DNA of 64,000 bases from a virus. The notes under the pieces were generated by a model, which saw only the letters and a list, made by a program, of their open reading frames with translations, made no database searches and had not been told where the DNA came from. The translations under genes were made by a program, and so were the position numbers. Location of the stretch: positions 1 to 64,000 of IMG/VR virus record IMGVR_UViG_3300031413_000005; one strand, written 5' to 3'. Positions 9,568 to 18,814 of the stretch are shown here, one piece after another (the stretch's first letter is position 1; each line of letters starts with the position of its first letter).

Positions 9568-9999
9568 CTATGCAGCGTCGGCAGGCGAGTTGGCATACTC
9601 GTCGTGAATTTCGCCGACCGGAAGCTTCGGCGTGCAGAGGTCATGACCCAAGTCGCGAATGAACTGGTCCTGGCGGCACGCCGCGTTGATGAGGTGCGCG
9701 CACGGGCGGCAGTACCATGCGCGGGTCGAGTGGTTGAACCAGGTGGCACCGGGCGCCTGGCATGCCGTGCGGTTGCACGAGCCGTCCTCCAGGCCCTTGT
9801 CTGGCTTGTTGGGGCCGGTGTAGCCGCGGTCGACCGTGACGTGGTCCATGCGCCTCATACGGTGCGCTGCTACGGGAAGGCCGATGTCGGTGGCATAGGC
9901 GAGCTCAGAGGGCGTCAGCGGGGTGCGGTTGATAACCAGCTGTCCCGCTGCATACTCCCGACGGCGCGCGTCGCGCTTCATCTTGCGTTGGAGGCTCAT
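9568..9999 (-). CDS. Cys/His-rich (Zn-binding?) protein
   Basis: CNRTAC...FNH...YCRPCA. Confidence 0.6.
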   Translation of the reverse strand: MSLQRKMKRDARRREYAAGQLVINRTPLTPSELAYATDIGLPVAAHRMRRMDHVTVDRGYTGPNKPDKGLEDGSCNRTACQAPGATWFNHSTRAWYCRPCAHLINAACRQDQFIRDLGHDLCTPKLPVGEIHDEYANSPADAA

Positions 10000-10187
10000 C
10001 GACGTCGTATCCTGTTGGCTTTGCGCGCGGCCTTCGCCTTGGCGCGTCGGTTGAATTTCACGGCCGGCGCGAGGCGTTTGCGCTCGCTCACCGGCTTGTA
10101 GTTGGGGTCAATCCACGGACGATCGAACGCTTGATAGTCGATCCTCGTAAACGGCATCGTCAGCGCAAAAACGATCGCGGGGTTCAT
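9996..10187 (-). CDS. small basic protein
   Basis: ATGA-coupled, Arg/Lys-rich tail. Confidence 0.45.
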   Translation of the reverse strand: MNPAIVFALTMPFTRIDYQAFDRPWIDPNYKPVSERKRLAPAVKFNRRAKAKAARKANRIRRR

Positions 10188-10663
10188 TCGTCTGCGGCCG
10201 GCTGCGCGGCCAGCTCGGCCGCGCGCGCCTGGACCGAGCACTGCTTGGCGTGAGCGTATTCAGCAGCCAAGATAGCCACCGTCGCGTCGACGTTGAAGCT
10301 GATGACGCAACGTGCATCGCCGTGCGCCGTGATCGATGCGAGCTTGCTCTGAAGGCTTCGAGCGGCTTCCAGCGTAGCGCCGATGCGGAGCTCGGCGTTG
10401 AAGGTGTCGATGGTCTCGATCGACAGGCCCTGCGCGCTCTCGGGGATCAGGTGATGGCGCAGCCAGTCGATGCCGCTGTCATCGGTGAACAGCGCGACGC
10501 CGTCGATCGTCTGCGTGATGCTGCCATCCCAGTGCATCTTGGTGTCGCCGCAGTGCTCGAAACCGGGCTCGCCGTCACCGAAGGTGACGTAGCTGGAGCC
10601 GGGGACCAGTTCGTAGGTGCCCTGGATCTCGTCGCCGGTGGGGGATTTCAGCTCAACGTCCAT
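10184..10663 (-). CDS. hypothetical protein
   Basis: AAAGG SD, 159 aa. Confidence 0.7.
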   Translation of the reverse strand: MDVELKSPTGDEIQGTYELVPGSSYVTFGDGEPGFEHCGDTKMHWDGSITQTIDGVALFTDDSGIDWLRHHLIPESAQGLSIETIDTFNAELRIGATLEAARSLQSKLASITAHGDARCVISFNVDATVAILAAEYAHAKQCSVQARAAELAAQPAADE

Positions 10664-10826
10664 TTCAAACCTTTCTCGTCGCGATCACCGCTGACCGCGT
10701 GAGTGTTGTCTAACATGCACGACAGGCGTGCGAGTGGCTTCGACAAGCGAGAAAGGTTCCTACCGGGAGCAACTCAAACCGCCTGCATGTGTGGCGTTAG
10801 CCATGCGCAGGCGGGAGTGCAAGGGG

Positions 10827-11300
10827 CTATGCTTTACGCACAACCCACTCGCTGGTTTCGGCGTTATATTCGACCAGGCCGCACTCTGTTGCCGTAGCGA
10901 GAGCGCGGCGAAGGGAGCTGGCCTCCTCCTCAGAAAACTGATCCGAATCAGGGGTCAGCTCCGTGATCCGGCGAAATTTGCCGTTCCGAATGTGGCCCGC
11001 GGCCTCTGCGATTTTCTTTGCCGTGTCGCGATCGTGCGCAAAAACAAGGCGTATCGCATACGACCAGTTATAGAGGCAAAATAGGTGCATCCCATTGTTT
11101 TCCATAGCGGTTTGCGTCGACTCACTTTCCGATATGGACCATTCCGGCGACTGGCTACCCAGTACGCGAATTGCACTCATACGATCCCTTGTCGACTGCT
11201 GAAACCCGCCATCGCCCCGTCCTGCATCGCAGCTGGAATGGTGAGATGGCGGTATCGTAATCTGCATGTCTCTCCCCGTCATTAACACACGTTTCTCCAT
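10827..11300 (-). CDS. hypothetical protein, lower GC (true start may be near 11105)
   Basis: ORF in an AT-richer segment. Confidence 0.4.
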   Translation of the reverse strand: MEKRVLMTGRDMQITIPPSHHSSCDAGRGDGGFQQSTRDRMSAIRVLGSQSPEWSISESESTQTAMENNGMHLFCLYNWSYAIRLVFAHDRDTAKKIAEAAGHIRNGKFRRITELTPDSDQFSEEEASSLRRALATATECGLVEYNAETSEWVVRKA

Positions 11301-11313
11301 TTTGAAGTGCCCG

Positions 11314-12732
11314 TTATGCCCGCGGTGCCGTCAGCGTCACTAAGCAAGTGTTTACCATAGTGCCGCTCTCCTCAAATGAACCCGACGGTAGATCGTAAAT
11401 GCCTCCATGAAGTTTCTCGATAAGCTTGCGGAAAGCAACCGATTTCTTGTCCATCGCGAACTCCACACCGGCCGACATGACCGCTACGATCCTACCGCCA
11501 GGCCGCAAGAAGCGAACGGCGTGCGCAACATGATCTATGTCACGCCGCATGTCGAAAGGGGGATTCATCAGAATGCGGTCGAACGTCCCAAGATCGGTCA
11601 CGCTGCACCGCAGGAAGTCGTCTTGGACCACCCGTGATATACCTGGAATGCTTGCGAGCGTTGCAGCACGGTCGCCGTGGAGCTCGACACAGACGACCTC
11701 TGCTTCGGGACAACGGTTGATAGCGCCCAGGATGATTGCCCCCTCACCTGCTGACGGCTCGAGCACGCGTGGGTATTCGCCCTTGAAGCTTCTCGCATAG
11801 CTCAACTCGGCGCGATCCATGATGCGAGACACCACAGCCTCCGGCGTTGGGAACCACCCCATGTTCTTCGCCAGGCTGGTGTTAGGCCGGGACAGCGGAT
11901 CGTCCTCGACCGCGTCGCTGCCGGCGCCCAGTACCGCGCCGTAATGCTCTGCGAGGAGCTTGTTGATCCGCTCCAGCAGATCGTCCCGCTTGAACCAGAT
12001 GTGGCAGTTGCCGTTCTTGAATGCCTTCACGCGGAAATATTCGTTGTCGACCTCCCAAGCCGATCGTGACAGCGACGTGTGCCGCTTCTTCTCGTCGTCG
12101 ATCACACCGATGATGCCGGCATACCGATGCTCTGGCATCTCCTTCCCGTCGAGCCGCATGAAGGTGCGCTCGATGTCTCGGATCGTGTCGTCGTGCCGCG
12201 AGTGATGGTTCCACATTCCAAAGTCGTCGAAGGCCGATGATAGCACCACGCGCTCGCCGATCTTGAAGCCGTCGTGACTCCTGAAGCGGCGGTCGAGCTT
12301 CGAGAATGCGTTGGCGATACCGCGCCGGAAGATCTTCTCGGCGTCACCGACCAGCGTCGCGATCGTGGCCTCGGCGGTCTCGACGCTGACCTCGGGTGGG
12401 TCCTTGTCGAGCTGGGCGCGGAACTCCTCGTGAGCCTGTCTATCCATCAACTTGTCGAAGCCATAGCCGTTGACCAGGTGGGACCAGATGGTGCGGTCGG
12501 TCTGCTTGCGCAGGTATTCGAGGAAGTCGACGTGCCCGCGGTCGTAGCTGGAGAATGCCTGTTGCGACTTCTCGCGATCGACATAGAAACCCAGCCCGCC
12601 AGCCGCTTTCGAGGCAACCGCGAACGCTTCGTCCATCGCGGCCATCGCGATCGAGAACTTCTCGATGGCGAGGTTACGGTTGCCGACGATCTCGTCGATC
12701 GTGGCGCGTTGGATCAGTGCCGTGCCGGTCAT
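11314..12732 (-). CDS. DUF4942-like domain + amino-type (N6A/N4C) DNA methyltransferase
   Basis: WFPTP, VLEPSAGEG (motif I), LMNPPF (motif IV); N-terminal FKNGNCHIWF segment. Confidence 0.85.
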   Translation of the reverse strand: MTGTALIQRATIDEIVGNRNLAIEKFSIAMAAMDEAFAVASKAAGGLGFYVDREKSQQAFSSYDRGHVDFLEYLRKQTDRTIWSHLVNGYGFDKLMDRQAHEEFRAQLDKDPPEVSVETAEATIATLVGDAEKIFRRGIANAFSKLDRRFRSHDGFKIGERVVLSSAFDDFGMWNHHSRHDDTIRDIERTFMRLDGKEMPEHRYAGIIGVIDDEKKRHTSLSRSAWEVDNEYFRVKAFKNGNCHIWFKRDDLLERINKLLAEHYGAVLGAGSDAVEDDPLSRPNTSLAKNMGWFPTPEAVVSRIMDRAELSYARSFKGEYPRVLEPSAGEGAIILGAINRCPEAEVVCVELHGDRAATLASIPGISRVVQDDFLRCSVTDLGTFDRILMNPPFDMRRDIDHVAHAVRFLRPGGRIVAVMSAGVEFAMDKKSVAFRKLIEKLHGGIYDLPSGSFEESGTMVNTCLVTLTAPRA

Positions 12733-13316
12733 GCTGCGGCGACCTCACGAATGCAAACCAGCGCGATACCGTCCTCGTATCGCTCGACGACAACGCTGAC
12801 CTCGGCACGCGCGGGGATGATGGGCGTGATTGCCTCGGCCGCGTCGATGAAGAAGGTCTCCCAAGCCGTGTTGGTGACGGTGAAATTAAGACTGTCGCCC
12901 TCGAGCCTGGCGTCGAGCCGACCGATCAACAATCCCTGCTGACCGTCACCGAGCTCGAGCCAGTCGGCCTCCGTGTTAATGCGCGGCAGGTCCGCTTCGG
13001 TCGTCTTCGTCGTGAGCAACTCAATGATCTCATCGGCGAACGTGACAGCCTGGAGAATGCGCGGGTTGACGGCGGTGAAAACGCTATCGGCCGCGTCGCA
13101 CAGGCTGTCACCCTTGAACTCAAAACCGAACATTTTGGTCAGCGCTAGGCGTGCGAGCTGCTCGCGCTTACCCTTCACTTCGTCGACCATGGGGTTCTCA
13201 TCCCAGACCGTCGCGCTGTCGTCCGAGCCCTTGAAACGAATTTCGAGATACATGGCGGTGTCCTGATTATCCAGGACATCAACCACCTCGAACTCTGCCC
13301 AAACCTTCTTCTTCAC
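12729..13316 (-). CDS. hypothetical protein
   Basis: AGGAG SD before GTG 13316; alternative leaderless ATG at 13343. Confidence 0.65.
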   Translation of the reverse strand: MKKKVWAEFEVVDVLDNQDTAMYLEIRFKGSDDSATVWDENPMVDEVKGKREQLARLALTKMFGFEFKGDSLCDAADSVFTAVNPRILQAVTFADEIIELLTTKTTEADLPRINTEADWLELGDGQQGLLIGRLDARLEGDSLNFTVTNTAWETFFIDAAEAITPIIPARAEVSVVVERYEDGIALVCIREVAAA

Positions 13317-13349
13317 TGACCGCTCCTGTCGCGTCGTTTGCATGTGTGT

Positions 13350-13377
13350 TGTCTACCACACACCAAGAGACGAGCAA
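13350..13377 (-). promoter_or_regulatory. sigma70-type promoter overlapped by 25-bp operator motif
   Basis: TTGCTC-16-TAGACA (TGG extension). Confidence 0.55.
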
Positions 13378-13396
13378 GAGGCTCTTTGTCGGGAGG

Positions 13397-13594
13397 TTAC
13401 CGAACCATGTTGGCTTTGAGGTAGCTGCGCATGCGAGCCGGGCTCGGCGCTGGATAGGTGCGGTTGATACGCTCCTCCTGAACCGCGAGGAAGTCAGCGC
13501 GCGCGTCGCCCTCCAGGGCGCCGGCCAGCAGATCCGCGGCCATGCGCAGAAACTGTCGCTTCTTGATTACTGCGTCTGCGCCAAGGTCTTCCAT
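13397..13594 (-). CDS. hypothetical protein
   Basis: 65-aa ORF. Confidence 0.45.
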   Translation of the reverse strand: MEDLGADAVIKKRQFLRMAADLLAGALEGDARADFLAVQEERINRTYPAPSPARMRSYLKANMVR

Positions 13595-13644
13595 GGCTCA
13601 TGGATAAGCGCGTCAATCGAGGCCCGCAAGGGCGGACCTTCCCA

Positions 13645-14016
13645 TCAGGTGTCAGCGCGGTAGCCGAGATCTGAATTGCAGTCGTTGAAGCCAAGACCTT
13701 CCGGTGCGAACTCAAAGCTCGTGCCGCGTCGGTTGACGTAGGTCTGCTTGAACTGCTGCCAGCCGGCGTAACCGCCATAGCTATTCTTGGAGTTTACCCG
13801 GCCGCAGATGACCCAGCCCTTCTTGGTCTCGCGCCACCCCTCACCGCGCCACTGAAATTTGGCCGAGTCCTCGTCCTTCAGGTTCTCCTTCACCGTCTCT
13901 ATCGCGTTGACCTTCGCGCGCTCCCAATCAGGCTGCTCACCGATGTCGATCGGCTTCTTGGCAATGGAGGGGCTGGCGAGTGCCAAGGCGATAAGGGCGA
14001 AAGTGAATCGACTCAT
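13645..14016 (-). CDS. secreted/periplasmic protein
   Basis: Signal peptide; LKD..SAKF...VICGRVNSKNSYGGYAG motif. Confidence 0.75.
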   Translation of the reverse strand: MSRFTFALIALALASPSIAKKPIDIGEQPDWERAKVNAIETVKENLKDEDSAKFQWRGEGWRETKKGWVICGRVNSKNSYGGYAGWQQFKQTYVNRRGTSFEFAPEGLGFNDCNSDLGYRADT

Positions 14017-14058
14017 GCCCGCCAGATAACGCCCTATCGCAGGTTCGAAAAGTGGCTG

Positions 14059-14241
14059 TCAGTCGAGCCCGAGCTTCTGGGCCATCAGATGCAACACAGC
14101 TTTGACGTCGTGAATGTCCTCGATCTCCTCGATCCGCATGAACATCGACAGGTTCGCGACCCGCTGCTCCTCGATCTCACGCTCCCGGCACTGCTCCTCG
14201 AACTGCGCCTGGCGCTCGGCCTTCCGCTGCACGCTGCTCAC
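14059..14241 (-). CDS. hypothetical protein
   Basis: GTGA-coupled. Confidence 0.55.
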   Translation of the reverse strand: MSSVQRKAERQAQFEEQCREREIEEQRVANLSMFMRIEEIEDIHDVKAVLHLMAQKLGLD

Positions 14242-14462
14242 TTGTTGTGCAACGTGACGGCTAAGAGGTCTTCAGGGCGGCAGTAGGTTTGACCGTCGGT
14301 CCACGCTACGCAAACGAGCGAGGCGCCGCTCTCGAAAAGCCTGTCCAGCGAAGCGATCGGACCGCGCGCCTCTTGGTCACCGCGGATCTCGATGTAGACC
14401 TTCTTGCCCTCGTCGATCGCGCGAGAGGCCACCTTGAGCATCAGCTCCACGTCGCCCTTCAT
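14238..14462 (-). CDS. hypothetical protein
   Basis: ATGA-coupled. Confidence 0.55.
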   Translation of the reverse strand: MKGDVELMLKVASRAIDEGKKVYIEIRGDQEARGPIASLDRLFESGASLVCVAWTDGQTYCRPEDLLAVTLHNK

Positions 14463-14956
14463 TCCGCCTTCCCTGCCTCGAAGTTGTTGAAGGCTGCGAG
14501 CATCAGCATGCCCATGCCCTGCTCGACACGCTTGGCGCCGGGCGACCAGGCGTAGGTCTCCTTGGCGAACGCCGCCCAGCCCGCGGTGCCTGCAACCTCG
14601 GCCAAGCGAGGGATCGCGGACGTGAGCACCCGGATCAGCGACGCACCGTCCATCGTATCGATCAGGTTCTCGATCTGGCCGACGCTCGAGACTGTCGGCA
14701 CGGGCGTTGCAACCTCGACGATCTCGGGGATCACGAGCGGTTTCGTCTCGCCGGTAGCGGTGACGATCTCGACCGGCTCGGGCGCGGTGTCGCGCTTCGT
14801 GCGGAGCTCCGTGATCTTGTCCTGGAGCTTCTGAAGGAAAGGGATCAGGCTCGGCTTGTCGGTTGGGACCTCGATCGGGACGAACGTGTCGCCCGCGGCC
14901 TTTGCGTCAGCCTGGGTGCCGGTCCAGTGCTTCCCGTCGGTGAGGTAGAGTTTCAT
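14459..14956 (-). CDS. hypothetical protein
   Basis: Start MKLY at 14956; WTGTQADA...EVPTDK motif. Confidence 0.65.
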   Translation of the reverse strand: MKLYLTDGKHWTGTQADAKAAGDTFVPIEVPTDKPSLIPFLQKLQDKITELRTKRDTAPEPVEIVTATGETKPLVIPEIVEVATPVPTVSSVGQIENLIDTMDGASLIRVLTSAIPRLAEVAGTAGWAAFAKETYAWSPGAKRVEQGMGMLMLAAFNNFEAGKAE

Positions 14957-15135
14957 GCCGCTTTCGTCTCGTTGTCGTTGGTGGGCTCCGGCAGCACGAA
15001 GGGGTTGCCGATGTTGAGGTGCTTGAGGGCCATCTCCCCGACGACCCATGAGATCGTCTTCTGGCCTGGTCCAAGGTCGAGCGTGCGAATGCCGCACAGC
15101 ACGCCCCAGATGCGATAGATGTAACCTGGAACCAT
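14953..15135 (-). CDS. hypothetical protein
   Basis: Coupled; ends NDNETKAA. Confidence 0.5.
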   Translation of the reverse strand: MVPGYIYRIWGVLCGIRTLDLGPGQKTISWVVGEMALKHLNIGNPFVLPEPTNDNETKAA

Positions 15136-15365
15136 CAGTCGGCCTCCTCCACCTCGCTCAAGCCGTCGACCGAGAACCCGCCCGTCTTGTCGGGGTCGAT
15201 CCGGGGCGCGTTCGTCTCACCGCCAGCATTGTAGCCGACGATGTATTGATAGCCTGGCGACATTGCCTCGACGAAATTGTCACCAGCGACGCGCGCTGCG
15301 GCCTCGCTCTCGGCTTCGATCGCCACGTTGATGAACGCCTTCACGTCCACGGTGAACTTAGGCAT
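15135..15365 (-). CDS. hypothetical protein
   Basis: GGAGGT SD. Confidence 0.6.
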   Translation of the reverse strand: MPKFTVDVKAFINVAIEAESEAAARVAGDNFVEAMSPGYQYIVGYNAGGETNAPRIDPDKTGGFSVDGLSEVEEAD

Positions 15366-15624
15366 TGCCCATCACCTCCGCTTTTTCCTCGTCGTAGTGG
15401 TTCCGTGCGGAACCCATGATGTCGTCCGCGCTCCAGCCGTGCCGATCAGCCAGGTGCAGCAGGTCCGCGATCAGGTCGGTGACCATCGTGTAGGCGTCGT
15501 CACCCTTCTCCGGCTGCTCGACCACCGTGTCGGTGAACGTCCGCCCGCAGTACGTTTCCGCGGCGAAGACATTGACGGCATTCTCGGCCCAATCGGCGCG
15601 ATCGCTGTTTGCAGGTTCAGGCAC
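15358..15624 (-). CDS. hypothetical protein
   Basis: GAGGAG SD; DLIADLLHLAD motif. Confidence 0.7.
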   Translation of the reverse strand: MPEPANSDRADWAENAVNVFAAETYCGRTFTDTVVEQPEKGDDAYTMVTDLIADLLHLADRHGWSADDIMGSARNHYDEEKAEVMGNA

Positions 15625-15690
15625 TTCATTCTCCTCATTTCGTGAGTGTGTTGTCGACCATGCGCGACCGGCACACCACTGGCGTTTGCA

Positions 15691-15993
15691 TCAAAAGATA
15701 GGGACCAGCTCGTCTTCCGCTACGAAAGCCGGTTCGAGGGCCTTGCGCCGTGCGATGCTCTCGGCCGCGGTCATCATCGTCTTCTGCGTCGCCAGCGTGT
15801 AGCGACAGATGATCCTCGTATCCTCCAGAAACACGAACTTCGCGCCATTCGTCGACCGGCCCGGGTGCCCGCTCATCATCGGCCGCGCCGGATCGAGCTG
15901 CACCTCGTAGGCCAGGCCGTTGCAGTTGAATACGATGTCGCCGATCTTGAACCGTGGATCCAAGCCGACGATTTTGTCGGGGTCGCGAGCCAT
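15691..15993 (-). CDS. hypothetical protein
   Basis: TGATG-coupled; ends EDELVPIF. Confidence 0.6.
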   Translation of the reverse strand: MARDPDKIVGLDPRFKIGDIVFNCNGLAYEVQLDPARPMMSGHPGRSTNGAKFVFLEDTRIICRYTLATQKTMMTAAESIARRKALEPAFVAEDELVPIF

Positions 15994-16658
15994 CAGAACA
16001 TCGCCGGCATGGTGACGTCATCGGGCGTGATCGCCATGCGCGCCGACTTGTCCATCATCGCAGCATACTCGGCCGGGGTCATGAAGATGTCCTGGAGCCG
16101 ACGGCTGATCTGACACACCACGCCGTCCTCGCCAGCGAACCGCATCACGGGGTTCTTGGTCGCGCGGAAACGGCTAGTGCGCATGCGCTCGAAGACGACC
16201 GTGAACTTCTGGCGGTGCTGGCCGTCACCGAACCGCACCGGCTGGGGCAGGTAGACGACGTCGCCACGTTCGAGCTTCTTCGTCTTCGCGACCTTCTTGG
16301 CTGCGAGGTTGTCCCGGCAGCGCAGGCGCCAGTCTGCGGCGTACTTGTCGCTCCCGGTCGGGTCTGCGAGCGGCGTGAGCAGGTCGAGGATCTTCTTCGG
16401 GCACTTGGACTCGCAAGGCCCGGCGCTCTCGTCCATCGACTTCAGGAGGAACTCGCGCTGACCGCCATGCGACCCGATCTTGGTGAGAAAGATCGCCGCG
16501 AACACCTGGCCGCTGCGCTCGGGCGCGAGGTGCTTTACCGCCGCGTACCAGGTGCCACCCACCATGGAGTCCGCGAGCACCTCGTAATTTGCGCCCAGCT
16601 CGTTGCGGCAGAACTCCCGGCGATCTTCCGGGATTCTGCTCATACCAGTCCAGCCCAT
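15993..16658 (-). CDS. DUF6927-like protein
   Basis: MGW...KSMDESAGP...CPKKILDLL...WRLRC pattern. Confidence 0.65.
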   Translation of the reverse strand: MGWTGMSRIPEDRREFCRNELGANYEVLADSMVGGTWYAAVKHLAPERSGQVFAAIFLTKIGSHGGQREFLLKSMDESAGPCESKCPKKILDLLTPLADPTGSDKYAADWRLRCRDNLAAKKVAKTKKLERGDVVYLPQPVRFGDGQHRQKFTVVFERMRTSRFRATKNPVMRFAGEDGVVCQISRRLQDIFMTPAEYAAMMDKSARMAITPDDVTMPAMF

Positions 16659-16747
16659 CGTCTTATCTCCATGTCGGTTAATCTTCTAACCGATTTGTGC
16701 TTTCGATGATTTGTTGTCGCACCGATCATTGCGGCGGTCGGGTGGCT

Positions 16748-16906
16748 TCAGCGCTTGCGAGGTAACCGCCGCGTCCGCTGAATTGCCGGAGCGAAGACGA
16801 CCAAGGCCCCTGCCCCATCGCACCCGCTGCAACGCCAGTATTCCAGGCCGCGAGCGAACGTGACGATGTTGCCGGCGCCGCGGCATACAGGGCAGATGCC
16901 CGCCAT
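16748..16906 (-). CDS. small CxxCxGxG zinc-finger protein
   Basis: CPVCRGAG...CSGCDGAG. Confidence 0.55.
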   Translation of the reverse strand: MAGICPVCRGAGNIVTFARGLEYWRCSGCDGAGALVVFAPAIQRTRRLPRKR

Positions 16907-17550
16907 CAGAACATGAACGCCAGCGGGTGGTCTTCCAGCTCGCCGAAGACAGCGGTCGAAGCCGTCAGGTTGACCCGGTCCATCTCCTGCTGCGCGCGGA
17001 CGCTGGGGAGCATGCGCTGGCACCACTGCACCGCTTCCTCGCTCTCCCAGGGTTTGCCCACGAACCGCGGTGAATTGAGGCGCGGAAGATCTGGCTTGTC
17101 GAGCCAGGCGAGAGTGAAGGCGTCCTCCCCTCCCCGCTCGAACGTCAGGTCGATCAGGTGCTCACGGAATGAAGCGAACCGGACGAACGGCCGCGCTGCG
17201 CCTTTGGGCAGCAGCTGAAGGGTCTCGGTGTCGCTGGTCGATATGAACGGGAACAGCTGCTCGGCCGTCGGCTTGGTGAACCGAGTGGCGAACTTGTTCA
17301 CCTCCTCGATGTCTTTCCAGTACCGGCACATGCGGTAGCCGGCGCCATCCTTCAGCTTCACCAGCATACAGCCATTGCCGTTGCGGTGCGCGTAGATCAG
17401 CGGCGACTTCGCCCAGTTGCCCTCGATGTCGTAGTGCAGCAGATGCAGCGGCACCGGGGCCGTGCGATCGACCACGTCCGCGTAAGGCACGTCGACCGCA
17501 CGAACCGCGGCTTTGATTGCGTCGTAGTCGACGCCGTCGAAACTGTTCAC
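16906..17550 (-). CDS. hypothetical protein
   Basis: GGAG SD; ends EDHPLAFMF. Confidence 0.65.
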   Translation of the reverse strand: MNSFDGVDYDAIKAAVRAVDVPYADVVDRTAPVPLHLLHYDIEGNWAKSPLIYAHRNGNGCMLVKLKDGAGYRMCRYWKDIEEVNKFATRFTKPTAEQLFPFISTSDTETLQLLPKGAARPFVRFASFREHLIDLTFERGGEDAFTLAWLDKPDLPRLNSPRFVGKPWESEEAVQWCQRMLPSVRAQQEMDRVNLTASTAVFGELEDHPLAFMF

Positions 17551-17566
17551 CGCTTATCTCCCTGGA

Positions 17567-17830
17567 TCAGTGACGCCGGAAGTGCTCGCGCACCTGGCTG
17601 GTCGCTGCGTGCGACGCGCCCAGGCCGACCAAGCGCTCCAGCTCGTTGTCGTCGGTGCCCATCATGTAGAGCCCCAGGATCTGGAGCATGTGCTGGACGT
17701 GACGCCGGCCGATCTTCGGGTCCGACGCTTCTGCGGGGATTGCGCTGACGATCTGGTAGGTCCCGTCGTTGCGAAGGATGAGAGCGGTGTCCCCTGCATG
17801 GAGGTCACTGCTGTCTGCGAAAAGGCTCAA
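17567..17830 (-). CDS. hypothetical protein
   Basis: AGGAG SD + TTG. Confidence 0.6.
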   Translation of the reverse strand: MSLFADSSDLHAGDTALILRNDGTYQIVSAIPAEASDPKIGRRHVQHMLQILGLYMMGTDDNELERLVGLGASHAATSQVREHFRRH

Positions 17831-17896
17831 GTCTGTCTCCTGTCGTCGTGTGCGATGCGATTCTCTAGCATCGCTCTGTGACGGGTGCGTGTGGGT

Positions 17897-17924
17897 TGTC
17901 TACCATGCACCACCGGGGAAACAA
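17897..17924 (-). promoter_or_regulatory. sigma70-type promoter overlapped by 25-bp operator motif
   Basis: TTGTTT-16-TAGACA. Confidence 0.55.
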
Positions 17925-18070
17925 GCGGCATTTGCGGTGGTCATCTTCTGGTCGATCAGTCGGTTGATCGTTTTGTCGACGGGAGGTGCGATTTTTTGAC
18001 CGTACAGCGCAATCTGAGCGCTTCGCGACCGCTGACACCGGTTTGCGTCGAGCGGTCGCTGGTGAGCGTT

Positions 18071-18292
18071 TTAACCGATCAGGAGCTTGGCGAGCGCTGC
18101 GCCTGCCGCGATCAACGCGCCACTTGCGCCCGCACCCGCGGCGAGCATCGTGAACGGCGCGAACCTCGTATCCTGCTGGACCTTGAGCGTCTCGGCGAAG
18201 ATTTTCTGAAGCTCGGCCTGGGTCTTGTCGATGCGCGCGACTTGCTCGCGAATATCGAGGGGCTGGTCGTGATCTGGTGCGGCGGTAGCCAT
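18071..18292 (-). CDS. small coiled-coil + C-terminal TM protein
   Basis: GGAG SD; hydrophobic C-terminus. Confidence 0.65.
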   Translation of the reverse strand: MATAAPDHDQPLDIREQVARIDKTQAELQKIFAETLKVQQDTRFAPFTMLAAGAGASGALIAAGAALAKLLIG

Positions 18293-18357
18293 GCTCTATC
18301 TCCAATGGTTGATATAGCACCGACTAGCGCGTCATGCGAGGTCTGTCGGGTGGGAGG

Positions 18358-18615
18358 TCAGCCCCGCGAGGCGTTATACTCGTCCCACATCGCGTCCCAA
18401 TAGTCGTGATGCTGGCGGGCGTGCTCGCGGCATAGCATCAGACCGCGGTTCGGATCCTCGATGGACCCTGACTCGCCGTCGAAGTTATACGCGCTGCGAC
18501 CGGCCTCGAGCTCCACGCCTTCGGTCGAGCCGCAGTCCTCACAGCCTCCAGCCTTGCCGACCAGATAGGAGACTAGGCGATCTGTCGACATATCGACTTG
18601 AGGATTAGACGACAT
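18358..18615 (-). CDS. small Zn-binding protein
   Basis: CEDC...LCREH. Confidence 0.55.
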   Translation of the reverse strand: MSSNPQVDMSTDRLVSYLVGKAGGCEDCGSTEGVELEAGRSAYNFDGESGSIEDPNRGLMLCREHARQHHDYWDAMWDEYNASRG

Positions 18616-18814
18616 GGACGCCAGCAGCTTCTAGGATGCGTCGCGGCATGGTCTTCGGACCACCGAGCTTCATCGACTTGTGCCAGTAGGCGGAATGGTA
18701 GATCGCCTCGTATGGCTTTCCCGGAGCGTAGACCTTCCGCTCCTTGATTGAAGCGGGTCGACCGTCTGGGAGCAGCGTCACGGTGAACGTGCGGCCACCG
18801 ACACAGACTTTCAC
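18605..18814 (-). CDS. hypothetical protein
   Basis: GTGA-coupled at 18814. Confidence 0.55.
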   Translation of the reverse strand: MKVCVGGRTFTVTLLPDGRPASIKERKVYAPGKPYEAIYHSAYWHKSMKLGGPKTMPRRILEAAGVHVV

